The translations under genes and the position numbers were made by a program. A stretch of DNA of 64,000 nt from Emiliania huxleyi CCMP1516 (lineage: Eukaryota). Positions 10,571-23,333 of the stretch are shown here, piece by piece. Under the pieces are notes generated by a model that saw nothing but the letters and a program-made list of their open reading frames with translations, was not told the DNA's origin and searched no databases. Within the stretch, counting starts at the first letter, position 1, and each line of letters opens with the position of its first letter. The stretch is taken from NCBI RefSeq assembly GCF_000372725.1, contig NW_005201851.1:29683-93682 (forward strand), written 5' to 3'.

Positions 10571-13240
10571 TCAGTCATTGCCCAACGACAGCACGTTCGA
10601 CTCCTGCTGCTCCGCCGCCGCCATGTCGGCCGCCTCGGCGCGCGCCGCCTTTTGCAGGTCCACCTTGCAGCGCAGCAGCTTGTTCAGGTCCCGGAAGAGC
10701 TGCATCTGCTCCTTGTTGGGTACGTGGTTTTCCTTGAGCGCCTATATCACAGAGGCCCGCGCCATGAAGAGACGCCACGCACGCCGCGGCTCCGTCCCCA
10801 TCCCGCACCTTTTGCCGCTCGCGCAGCTCCCGCTGCTGCGCCTCCTGCTCCTTGATCCGCCGCTCGTACAGCTCGCGGTACGTCGTGACGACGGCGCCGT
10901 CGGGCATCGCGCGCCGGAGGGCGCGGCCCTCCTTCTCGTCCGCTATCCGCTGCAGCTTCACTCGCTCCATCGCCTACCCGCAAAGGATCGGGTGTCGAAC
11001 ACAAAACCTGCATTACCAGCGATTTTCTGCGCGGCACGCAATCCCGCCGAGAGGGTGTCGTAGTAGTGGCAGGACGACTCCTCCTGCTGCGCCTCCTTCT
11101 CAGCCGAGTCGAGGTCCGCCTGTTTACAGATGATTTGGTGAGGGGACGCTCCGCATCCCTCCTCCCCGCCCGAAGCCCGCCTGCAGCTTGGTGAGCTCGC
11201 TATCGAAGCCCGCCTATCCCCATCCTCACAGGTGAAAGGGCGCTTCGCCACTCTGGGGGGGTTGTCCAAGCTCGCCTTGATGTTGTCGTACACGCCCTTC
11301 TTCTCGAGATACTCCGCCTAGCCAGGGCTGGGACGTGGGGACCGCTGCCTTCAAACAACTCCCCTCGGGGCGTTCTCGCGCCTCGATCTCGCCGTGCTGT
11401 GCGCGCAGCGTGCGCAACGACTTGATCTGCGGCGCGAGACGCGTCTTGTTGTCCTTGATCTGCCTGTTGATCTCCTCAACCACCTGCGAGATCTCCTCGA
11501 GCGTCTTGCCCTTGGCGCTGTCAACCTCCGCCTTGAGCTGCTCCGCCTGCCGCAGTTGCTCCTCCGTCTGCGCAAAGCCCGCCACGCCACGTTTGGCCTC
11601 CACCGCAGACAGCTGCGAGGTGACCGAGCTGTCCTGCCCTGCGAGCAAGCTCACGGTGCGCGACAGCGTCCCCCACTCGGCGCGCAGCCCTCCGAGCTCC
11701 GCCTTCATCCGCTTGTACTGCGCCGTCTTGCCGCGCAGCTCCGCCGCGTACCTGCCCACACGCAGAGGCGTAAGGCGCGCCGTTGAAGGCCGCGCTAGAA
11801 GAGTGCACCACCGCGCACTTGCGAAACTCCTCGCCCCGCAGCACGGGCTGGTCGGGCAGCTGCGACACCTCTGCCGCCTTTGGGCGCGGGGGGCGAGAGT
11901 TGAGGCAGCCGAGCAGTCGAACGCGTCCCGGTTGGAGACTCTTAGCAAAGGGAGTGTCGAGGGCGCCGCGCGCCTTGCTTGCGAGCTCGGCGTCGACGTT
12001 CGCCTTGTCGCGCCGCACCGCCTCGAGCCGTTGCCGCACCTGCTCGCGCTTCTTGGCAACCAGGGACGCTTGCTGCCGGAACATTGCTAGCCGGTCGTCT
12101 GGGTCGGAGGCCGTCGCCCGCTTTCGCTCCTGCCCGAGGGAGGACGGGAGAAGCGCCGTCAGAAGGTGAGAACGCGGGGACGAGTCATACTCTTTCAAAC
12201 CTCGAGCTCGCGGATGGCGCGCTGCAGCCCCTGCCGGTGCTGCAGCATCTCGCGCGTGTCCGACTCGCTTCCAGCGGGAAGCGAGAGCACCTGCTGCAGC
12301 TCGTCGTGCCGCTGCTGCCTGCTCACAGCTTGCCACGGTAAAGGGCCGCCGCTCTCAGATATTCCTGCTGCAGCCGTCGCATCGCTGCCTTTGCGCGATC
12401 GCGCGCGGCAGCTCCTCGTGCGCCCGCCGGCTCATCGCCGCGACCTCGGCCTCGAGCTTCTGCAGCAGACGGCCCAAGTCGCTCACGCCCGCCTCGGCCT
12501 TCTTGCCAGCCAGTGCGCGGGAGAGCTGCTCGAGCCGCTGCTCGGCCTGGTAGGCGTGCGAGCGCTGCTCCTTCATCCGCTCCGCAAGCTTGAGCTGCTC
12601 ATCCTGCTCCACACGCAACGCGCCAACCTCGCGCAACATCGGCTCGAAACCGTCGCTGCCGTGCAGCTTGGTGTGCAGCGCCTCGACCTTTGGGGCCGAG
12701 GGGGGCGGGAGGGCGGGGCTGGGAGAGCAGCTGCGAGGGGTGCAGGGTGGAGGAAGCGGGCGGCACACAGTTGAGTGGGTGGCTGCCGTGAGGTGCAAGG
12801 AGGTGGGAAGCAACAGCGAAGCGGGAGGCGGTGAGCGGGGCAACAGCCAAAGCGCGGCCTCGACCTTGCGTTCGAGCTGCTCCTTGTCCTCCTCCATCTG
12901 GACAATGGCCTTCTTGATCTCGGCCGGCGAGATTAGCTGCGACCTCGACTGCTCCGACGCCTTGTGCGCCTCTTTGAACTGCTCCTGCAGATCCTTGTGT
13001 TGCTGCAGGACGAGGCGTGGTGGGGAGAGGTGAATATCAGGAGGCGACTCTCGAGCAATCATCGTTGCACTACCCCCTTCCGAGCCGGGTAGACGCCCAA
13101 CAGCCCACGCTCTGTGATGGAAGCAGCCGCAAGCAGTGTGAGTGCGGGGAAGGGGCGAGACTCGGACCTGGTACAACTCCAGGATCTCATCGTCGCCGAA
13201 CATGTGCTCTGGAATCTCCACGTTGAGGAGAAAGCGTGCT
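10571..13240 (-). pseudogene. IFT81: Intraflagellar transport protein 81, multi-exon, lacking its N-terminal CH domain in this window
   Basis: Exons encode ARFLLNVEIPEHMFGDD, IKKAIVQMEEDKEQL, DDRLAMFRQQASLVAKK, VLRGEEFRKYAAELRGKTAQYK, KGKTLEEISQVV, RLAPQIKSLRTLR and QMQLFRDLNKLLRCK. The first visible exon follows a CAG acceptor at about 13241, and no upstream exons were found. Confidence 0.85.
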
Positions 13241-13519
13241 GAGGGCGGGGAGGGCGGTCTGGGCTCTGAGCACCCAGAAGCCTCGACCTGGAAATTCTTT
13301 TTCTCGCGATGTGGAAACCCTCCGGTGTGTGCCCCACCGAGTTTTTGGGTGAGACAAGGCCCGACATTGAAGAAAGGCGCGAAATGTCCCCAAATTCTTT
13401 GTCGCGAGATAACATATGTCCCCCCCCCCCCCCCCCCCGGGGAAGGGGGGGCTCCCCGCCCCTGCCCCGCGCCGCCGTCTCGCGCCGCCTGGCGACTGCC
13501 TCGCGTTTCACAGGCTCCT

Positions 13520-14941
13520 ATGTCTGCCCTGCCGCGCCGCCGCTCGCGCCGCCTCGCCACCGCCTCCACCGCTGCCCCCTCTCCAGACACGCCGCCGCCC
13601 ACCCGCCTCCTCGACCTCCCCACGGAGCTCCTCGTGCGCGCCCTCTCCCGCTGCGACCCCGCCGACATCGCTCGCGTCGCGGCCGTCTCGCTGCTCTTCC
13701 ACGCCTCGCTTGCGGTGGAGGCCATCCGCTTGTGGGCGCAAGAGCGCGGCTACGAGCTGCCGGCGCTGCCAGAGGGCGAGGGCTGCGCCGTGCGGTGGCT
13801 GTGCTATTCGGCGCTGCTGTGCGAGTCCAACCCGCCGGTGAGGGCGGCGGCAGGCAGGCAAACTCACAGCCTCTTCATCGACGGCGAGGGGCGGCTCTCG
13901 TCGTGCGGCAAGGCTGCGAGCTGGCAGCCGGGACTACTCGGGCACGGCGAGGGTGTGACGCGGCTCAACACGCCGACCCGCCTCCCTTCGACGCTGGGCG
14001 TTGAGCGCGCTGTGAGTGTGTCGGCTGGAACATGGCACAGCCTCGCCCTCACTGCCGACGGCGCTGTCTGGAGCTGGGGCGAGGGAGGCCAGTTGGGCCA
14101 CGGCGACGCGCTGACCGAGTGGCTGCCCAAGAAGATCGAGGCCTTGGCTGGCCAGCGCGTCTTCGCTGTGTCGGCTGGAGGCAGCCACAGCCTCGCCCTC
14201 ACCGCCGCTGGCGCTGTCTGGAGCTGGGGCGACGGAGACGAAGGCCAGTTGGGCCACGGCGACCAGTACAGCCAGCTGCTGCCCAAGGAGGTCGAGGCCT
14301 TGGCTGGCAGGCGCGTCGTCGCTGTGTCGGCAGGAGACAACCACAGCCTCGCCCTCACCGTCGCTGGCGCTGTCTGGAGCTGGGGCGACGGAGACGAAGG
14401 CCAGTTGGGCCACGGCGACCAGTACAGCCAGCTGCTGCCCAAGGAGGTCGAGGCCTTGGCTGGCAGGCGCGTCGTCGCTGTGTCGGCAGGAGCATCCCAC
14501 AGCGTCGCCGTCACCGCCGACGGTGCCGTTTGGAGCTGGGGCAATGGAGGCCAAAGCCGGTTAGGCCACGGCGACGAGCAAAACCAGCTGCTGCCGAAGA
14601 AGATCGAGGCCTTGGCGGGGCGGCGCGTGATCGCTGTGTCGGCTGGGTGGCAGCACAGTCTGGCAATCACCGCTGACGGAGCCATCTGGAGCTGGGGCGG
14701 GGGAGGTTTCGCCCAGTTGGGCCACGGCAACGAGCAGCGCCAGCTGCTGCCAAAGAAGATCGAGGCCTTGGCTGGCCAGCGCGTCAACTCCGTGTCGGCT
14801 GGAACATGGCACAGCCTCGCCCGCACCACGGATGGCGCTGTCTTTGCCTGGGGCAAGGGCGAGCACGGCTGCCTAGGCCACGGAGAGGACCTGTCGAACC
14901 AGCTACTGCCCAAGAAGATCGAGGCGTGGTCGCGGGATTGA
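13520..14941 (+). CDS. F-box-like plus RCC1-repeat protein (copy 2), intronless
   Basis: Same architecture as copy 1. One RCC1 repeat is tandemly duplicated almost exactly (GDGDEGQLGHGDQYSQLLPKEVEALAGRR twice). Confidence 0.9.
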   Translation: MSALPRRRSRRLATASTAAPSPDTPPPTRLLDLPTELLVRALSRCDPADIARVAAVSLLFHASLAVEAIRLWAQERGYELPALPEGEGCAVRWLCYSALLCESNPPVRAAAGRQTHSLFIDGEGRLSSCGKAASWQPGLLGHGEGVTRLNTPTRLPSTLGVERAVSVSAGTWHSLALTADGAVWSWGEGGQLGHGDALTEWLPKKIEALAGQRVFAVSAGGSHSLALTAAGAVWSWGDGDEGQLGHGDQYSQLLPKEVEALAGRRVVAVSAGDNHSLALTVAGAVWSWGDGDEGQLGHGDQYSQLLPKEVEALAGRRVVAVSAGASHSVAVTADGAVWSWGNGGQSRLGHGDEQNQLLPKKIEALAGRRVIAVSAGWQHSLAITADGAIWSWGGGGFAQLGHGNEQRQLLPKKIEALAGQRVNSVSAGTWHSLARTTDGAVFAWGKGEHGCLGHGEDLSNQLLPKKIEAWSRD

Positions 14942-15999
14942 GGTCACGGTTGTGCCAGGGCGCGACTTGCGGTTGTGTTGAGTTATCGCGGGATTGCGAT
15001 TGTGTAGCCCAACCGTGGGCTCCCGACTCACGTCCAGGCGCGCCGTCTCTTCAGAGTGCGCGGGTTGCCAGGGTGAGCGCCTTGCGCGCGTCTCTAGAAC
15101 CTAGGGGGGATCTACGGCTCTAATCTCAGAAGGTCGAACGATGCCATTTTCTTTTTTTCTAAAATTCTTTGTTCTCTACCTTTAGAGGCCACCACGGCGT
15201 GTCCACGCCTTCCGATTTCGACGAGCCGCGATGAGCGTGTTGAGCCGCTATAAAACCCTGCTGTGAACATTCCCAGGGCCTCCAGGGCTCGCACCTCAAC
15301 TCTGGGCCGGCGCGGGGCCCCCAGAGGGTGTCCATGCGGGGGGGAGATGGGTTCCCACGGCCCGCCGCAGGCGCCGATTTTTTCGGGATTTTTTTCTTTT
15401 TTTCGCGATTTTTACTTGTTTTCATGGGAATTCTGCGTACTTGCGGCCATGCTATCACGCCTTGCGACAGCCTGTCGGCGCTGCTGACCGTGCCATGATG
15501 CACAATTGATCACCTGCATAGCTCGCGGCCTTAGTATCAAGCATTCAGTGACGACCTGATTCTACGACCAGTAGGAAGGTGTCCTTCCATCGTGTGCACG
15601 CTTCTGGCGCAATGCGCGTCGCCTCGGATTGGCTGCTGGCACTCTCGAGGCTATGCCTACACAGCCTCGCGCGCATGGGCAGTCAGGAGGGACCACGCAC
15701 CTTCACAGGACAGCGCCGGTGCCTCTCTCTTGGACTGGCAAACTTGGTGGTCTCGTGTCACCAATGTGGGACCAGTGCGGCATCGCGCCATCGACAGCTC
15801 TGAACTGCGCCTCACCACTGACCGGGAAGGCCGCCAAGTGGGCCAGCACAGGTCGCACATTGTGGCAGCAGTCAGCCGTGCATGTCTGATAGCTAGAGCA
15901 GCAGCGTCAGGGTCGCAGGGTCGGATCGTGTCAAGCCTCTCGCCCGGCCGGCCGCGTGGAGGGGGCCGAAGCCCTTGGCGCCACCCGAGCGCATCACAT

Positions 16000-16224
16000 G
16001 GCCACAGGCGGCGTTTGGAATCTACTCCAGGTGCTTTTTGCACTGTTTTGCCCATGGCCACAGCCGGCGTAAGCCGTCTGCTCCAGGTGCTTTTTGCACT
16101 GTTTTGCCCATGTCCACAGGCGGCGTAAGCCATCTGCTCCAGGTGCTTTTTGCACTGTTTTGCCCATGTCCACAGGCGGCGTAAGCCATCTGCTCCAGGT
16201 GCTTTTTGCACTGTTTTGCTCATG
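16000..16224. repeat. Tandem repeat, 4 x 56 bp
   Basis: Unit approximately GTCCACAGGCGGCGTAAGCCATCTGCTCCAGGTGCTTTTTGCACTGTTTTGCCCAT, head to tail, with no unique spacers. Confidence 0.9.
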
Positions 16225-16522
16225 GAGCAAGTGGCTAAAGCCACCTGCATTTTTGTGCAAAAGGCTCTAAAATGGCCGAAATCCCTGTTGGCGCACGTGG
16301 CGATTGCCACGTGTGCCTCGGCTAAGAGGCCTCTCCAGGCGAGAGTCAGGTGGCACGACGCGAGTCAGGTGGCGTGGAGCCTCCTACCTGGGCCCATCTC
16401 TCGCTCAAGTGCTCAAGAGCGCTGCTCAAGGCTGTGAACGAACCTCAAAAACAGAGTTAGCCGCCGCCACGGCGCGTCCACAGCCGACCGCCGCTAGCTC
16501 TTCCCGTCCCCAGCCTCCCCCA

Positions 16523-19500
16523 ATGGCAGCTCCCGCCGCCGCCGACGGCGACGTGGCCGCTCCCGGCGCCCGCGTCTGGGTGCCAATCAGCGAGACGCCC
16601 GCCGGAGCGCCGCCAGAGGACGACGACGAGGCGCTTCCTTTCACGCTCGGAGTCGTGCAGCGCCGCCGGCCAGAGGACGCCGCTCCTCCGTCGCCGGACA
16701 TGGTGCTGGTCAGCCTGGTGGAGGGCGGCGACGTGAGCGCCAAGCCTGTCTGGGTCAAGCCCGCCGCCCTCGTGCCGGCCAACCCCGAGACGCTCGACGG
16801 CGTGGATGACGTCGGCGCGCTGTCTCACCTCAACGAGCCTTCGCTGCTGCGGGTGGTGATGGCGCGGTACGCGGCGCGCTCGATCTACACGCGCGCCGGG
16901 CCCGTCCTCGTCGCGATCAACCCCTTCACCAAGGTCGCTGGCCTCTATGACGCCGCGACGATGCGCTCGTACCAGTCCGCCGCCGCCGCGGCCGCCGCTG
17001 CCGCAGAGCGGGACGGGCCTGCTCTGCCGCCGCACCTGTACCAGGTGGCGGGCGCGGCGTACTACGACATGGCGGCGCGCGGCCGCTCCCAGTCGGTCGT
17101 GATCAACGGCGAGTCTGGCGCTGGGAAGACGGAGAGCGCAAAGATCATCCTGTCCTTCTTCATCTCTGCCGCGTCCGCGGCGGGCAAGGGTGGCGGAGGA
17201 GGCACGACCAAGGTGGGCGAGGTGCTGCAGGCGGAGCTCGACGCGTCCAACGTGCTGCTCGAGGCGTTCGGGAACGCAAAGACCACGCGCAACCACAACT
17301 CGTCCCGCTTCGGCAAGCTGCTGCAGCTTCGCTTCTCTCCGACGGGCGCCCTGACCGGCGGGTCGATCTCTCGCTTCCTTCTCGAAAAGTCGCGCGTCGT
17401 CTCGCCCGAGGCGGACGAGCGGTCGTACCACGCGCCGTACCAGCTCGCGTCCTGCTGCCGCGCAAGGGCAGGCACGCCCGCCGCAGACCTCGCCGTGCGG
17501 CTGGGGCTGCGCGGCGCGGGCACGTACCGCTATCTGAGTGCCGGAGGCTGCCTCCTCGTCGACGGCGTGGACGATGCGGCGGAGTTCGAGGCGACCAACG
17601 CCGCGCTGACCGCCATTTACGACGGCGGCGGCGGCGACGCGGCCGCGGGCTCCGCCGAGGCGGTGTGGGCGGTGGTGGCTGCGGTGCTCACTCTTGGCGA
17701 CATTGAGTTCCGCGAGCCGGCGGAGGAGGAGGTGTGAACGGCGTCTCTTCACACCTGCTGCCGTGCACAGGCGACATCGAGTTCCGCGAGCCCGCGGAGG
17801 AGGAGGGCAAGGGCGGAGGCGTGGCGGGAGGCCGCGCCGCCGCCGCTCCGCCGCTCGCCGGCGCCCCCGCAGGGCCGCCTGGCTCGCTTGAGCTCGACGG
17901 GGAGGGGGCGGTGGCGGCGCTACGGCTTGCGGCGAGGCTGCTGGGCTGCGGCGACGCGGAGCTGCTGACGGCGCTCAACTCGAGGACCATTTCGGCCGGC
18001 GGCGAGGAGATGGTCATCTGCAAGAAGCTGCCCGAAGCGCGCGCCTCGCGCGACGCTCTCGCCAAGGCGCTGTACGAGCGCCTCTTCGACCACATCATCT
18101 TTGCCCTCAACCGCTCTCTCGCCGCCGTCGGGCAGGGAAGTGGCCGCGGGGCGGCGGCGGCCTCCTCGGCAGGGATCGGCATCCTCGATATCTTTGGCTC
18201 GGAGATCTTCGCCACCAACGGCTTCGAGCAACTGCTGATCAACTACGCGAACGAGAAGCTGCAGGCGCACTTCACTGCGGCGGCCATCACGCTGCTGCAG
18301 GCAGAGTACTTGCGCGAGGGGATCGCGGTGGACCGGGTCGAGTACACCGACAACGCGGCCACCATCGCGCTGCTCGAAGGCAAGCCCCTTTCCGTGCTCG
18401 CCGTCCTCGATGACCAGTGTCTGCAGGCGGGCGCGACCGACGCGTCGCTGACGGCCGCGCTGCACTCTTCCTTCGACGGCCATGCGTCATACGGCACGCC
18501 CCGCATCGCCTCCTCGGAACCTTCTCGGAACCCTCTCGGACTGGTCTCTGAACCGTCTCGGGCCCCTTTCGCAGGCACGCCCCGCATCGGCGCCGACCGC
18601 GCCTTCACGATATGCCACTTCGGAGGCCGCGTCACGTACTCGGTGGCCGGCTTCCTCTCCAAGAACAAGGACGCACTCTTCGCGGAGCTACCGTCGACCA
18701 TGCGCGCCTCGGCCTCGCCCTTTGTAGCGGAGCTCTTCTCCGAGGCGGCGGAGCAGCGGCGGCAGCAGGCCCCATCGGGCGACGGCGGCGCGGCGGCGGC
18801 CGGCAAGCCCACCGCCACGAACGTGAACGAGGGGCCCGCACGCAGAGTGAGCCACTCGCGCCGCGCCGGCGGCGGGGGCGGCGGTAGCGGTGGCGGCGGC
18901 AAGAAGCGGGCGACGCAGTTCGTGTCGGTGGGGTCTCAGTTCCGCGGGTCCATTGCCTCGCTCGTCGGCACGCTCGGCGCCACGCAGAGCCACTTTGTGA
19001 GGTGCATCAAGCCAAACGAAGTGCGGGGCCCGTTCGTGCTCTGGCCCGCGGTGGCGCTAGCGCAGCTCCGCTGCTGTGCGGTGCTCGAGGCGGTGCGGGT
19101 CTCGCAGGCCGGCTTCCCCACCCGCATCCCCTTCGACGAGCTCCTCTCGAGGTACGCGATGCTGCGGCCGAGGCTGCCCGCCGCCGCAGGGGCAAGCGGA
19201 GGCGGCGGAGGAGGGGGAGGGGCGGGCAAGCTGCGCCGCAGGGGCACCGGCGAGCGCGCGTCGGCGTGGGTGGGCGGCGGCGGCGGCGGGGAGGAGGGTG
19301 GGCACAGCGGCCAGGGCTCGACGGCGCGCGAGGAGGCGGCAGAGCTGCTGCAGCTGCTGCAGCTGGCGCCGGACGATTATATGCTCGGCAAGACGGTGGT
19401 GTTCTTGCGCTCGGGCGTGCTTGCGCGCTGCGAGGCTGCGCGTGCGAGGCACCTCTCCAAGTGCTTCGCCACCGTGCAGGCGCGCACGCGCGGCCGCTCC

Positions 19501-20302
19501 GCACGCCGCAACTTCCACTCGGTCCGCTCGTCTGCGGTGCTGCTGCAGCAGACGCTGCGGCGGCGGGTCAAGCGGCGCGAGGCGGCGAGGCTGGCGGCGG
19601 AGGCGGCGGCGGCCGCCGCCGCCGCCGCAGAGGTGCCCGAGGATGCGGAGCTGGCGGGGCAGGCTGCGCGGCTGCGCGCCGAGGTGGACGCGTTGCAGGC
19701 GGAGGCGGAGCCGGACTGGCTGTCGCAGGCGGCGATCGACGTGGCGAGCGTGGCGGGCAGCGTGGCGGGCAGCGCGCGCGCGCTGTCTGACGACGACTCG
19801 TCGGTCGGCGACGAGGAGCAGCTGGAGGAGATGCGGGCGGAGCTGAACGAGGCGATCCAGGACCGGGACGATTTCGAGGAGGAGAACTACGAGCTCCAGG
19901 AGAAGTGCGGCAAGTACGAGGAGGAGCTCGACTTGCTCGAGGAGGAGAACGCCGAGCTGCGCGACGCGCTCGCCGTCTGCCAGCGCGACCTCTCGCAGGC
20001 CAAGGAGGAGCAGCTCGCGCTCTTCCTCGAGGTGACATATTTGTGCCCTCCTCCCTGCCCACTGCAGCTACCGAGCCCGGACTCACAAGTAGCCCCCCCC
20101 CCCCCCCCCCTTCCGCCTCGAGGTCAACGAGCTGCGCGCGCGCGTCGCCGAGCGGGACCGCGAGATGAACCAGCTGCTGATCGTCAACTCGGACATGATG
20201 ATGAAGCTGGCCGACGAGGGCTTCGCCTCGCCGCGCGACAGCAAGCCGTCGCTCAAGCCCGCCGCCGTGGTGCGAGGCGCCGGCTCGACCTTTGGCCAGT
20301 GA
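16523..20302 (+). CDS. Myosin heavy chain (motor domain, IQ-like neck, coiled-coil tail), at least 3 introns
   Basis: P-loop GESGAGKT, LEAFGNAKT, switch I NHNSSRFGK, switch II-like DIFGSE, NEKLQ, HFVRCIKPN, GFPTR, GKTVVFLR and IQ-like VQARTRGRSAR. Introns at about 17696-17770, 18494-18574 and 20032-20122. Confidence 0.92.
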
Positions 20303-20599
20303 CAGAGGCTGGCCGCCGGGCGGAGTCCCGAGGGGGGGCACGAAGGAACGGCTGGGCGCCCGTGTACGCTGGGAGGTTTCTCCCCTGGCGCCCTGCCCGT
20401 TGTCTTGACACATTTGGCGTCGTGCTTCGTTTCGAGTCGCGGTCTCGTGTCGGTGTCCCGCATGGACCACGGTGGTTGGTGAGAGCTTTTGGCGATGCCG
20501 CCGACCACCCAATCGAGACGGCAGCCGCGCTCAAAGGCGAGCGCGCGATCTCCCTCATACAATACGACAAGGTCGGTTGATCTTTTTTGGCACGTCGCC

Positions 20600-21950
<1,351 letters not shown>

Positions 21951-22209
21951 TCGCTGCAAGGCGCGCCCGACGCAGCCCGTGAATTGCGCCATACGGCTCT
22001 AGGAGCGACCTCCATGGGGGCCCAATTGTGAACTGACATTTGATACGCAAATTTGATACTCGTCGGACATTTGATTTTTCGGTTTGCGCCCCCTCGAGCC
22101 GGGTTTGAGCTTGGGGTTCACACCCGGCCACAACAAAGGAGTAGGCATATCGTCTGGCAAGCGCGCAGTAGGGCGTGTGACTGTGTAGAGAGAGCAGCAA
22201 GTGGCGAGA

Positions 22210-23220
22210 GCTGGCTCCGTCAGCGGTGATTGCCAGACTGTGCTGCCACCCAGCCGACACAGCGATCACGCGCCGCCCCGCCAAGGCCTCGATCTTCTTC
22301 GGCAGCAGCTGGTTTTGCTCGTCGCCGTGGCCTAACCGGCCTTGGCCTCCATTGCCCCAGCTCCAAACGGCACCGTCGGCGGTGACGGCGACGCTGTGGG
22401 ATGCTCCTGCCGACACAGCGACGACGCGTCTGCCAGCCAAGGCCTCGACCTCCTTGGGCAGCAGCTGGCTGTACTGGTCGCCGTGGCCCAACTGGCCTTC
22501 GTCTCCGTCGCCCCAGCTCCAGACAGCGCCAGCGGCGGTGAGGGCGAGGCTGTGGCTGCCTCCAGCCGACATAGCGAAGACGCGCTGGCCAGCCAAGGCC
22601 TCGATCTTCTTGGGCAGCCACTCGGTCAGCGCGTCGCCGTGGCCCAACTGGCCTCCCTCGCCCCAGCTCCAGACAGTGCCGCTGCCGGTGAGGGCGAGGT
22701 TGTGCCATGTTCCAGCCGACACACTCACAGCGCGCTCAACGCCCAGCGTCGAAGGGAGGCGGGTCGGCGTGTTGAGCCGCGTCACACCCTCGCCGTGCCC
22801 GAGTAGTCCCGGCTGCCAGCTCGCAGCCTTGCCGCACGACGAGAGCCGCCCCTCGCCGTCGATGAAGAGGCTGTGAGTTTGTCGGCCTGCCGCCGCCCTC
22901 ACCGGCGGGTTGGACTCGCGCAGCAGCGCCGAATAGCACAGCCACCGCACGGCGCAGCCCTCGCCCTCTGGCAGCGCCGGCAGCTCGAAGCCGCGCTCTT
23001 GCGCCCACAAGCGGATGCCCTCCACCGCAAGCGAGGCGTGAAAGAGGAGAGAGACGGCCGCGACGCGAGTGATGTCGGCGGGGTCGCAGTGAGAGACGAC
23101 GCGCACGAGGAGCTCCGTGGGGAGGTCGAGGAGGCGGGCGGGCGGCGGCGTGTCTGGAGAGGGGGCAGCGGTGGAGGCGGTGGCGAGGCGGCGCGAGCGG
23201 CGGCGCGGCGGGGCAGACAT
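22210..23220 (-). pseudogene. F-box-like plus RCC1-repeat protein (copy 3), 3'-truncated
   Basis: Nearly identical to copy 2 but without the duplicated repeat. Homology stops at HSLAITADGA and the ORF reads into unrelated sequence to 21937. Confidence 0.85.
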
Positions 23221-23333
23221 CGCGAGGAAAAGAATTTTTTCGTGTTTGCTTGGAAAGAAAGAACAGCGGGGCGCCTCTCTCCCCTCGACCCTGCACCCAC
23301 TGGCCTCTCGCTCGCTGCAACATTGCCACCGCC

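Noticed and set aside
8887..14913. Long antisense ORFs over the RCC1 genes and other genes
   Set aside because: These are shadow ORFs expected from high GC and codon bias.
16000..16224. 56-bp repeats as a CRISPR array
   Set aside because: No unique spacers, no cas genes and a eukaryotic context; this is a plain minisatellite.
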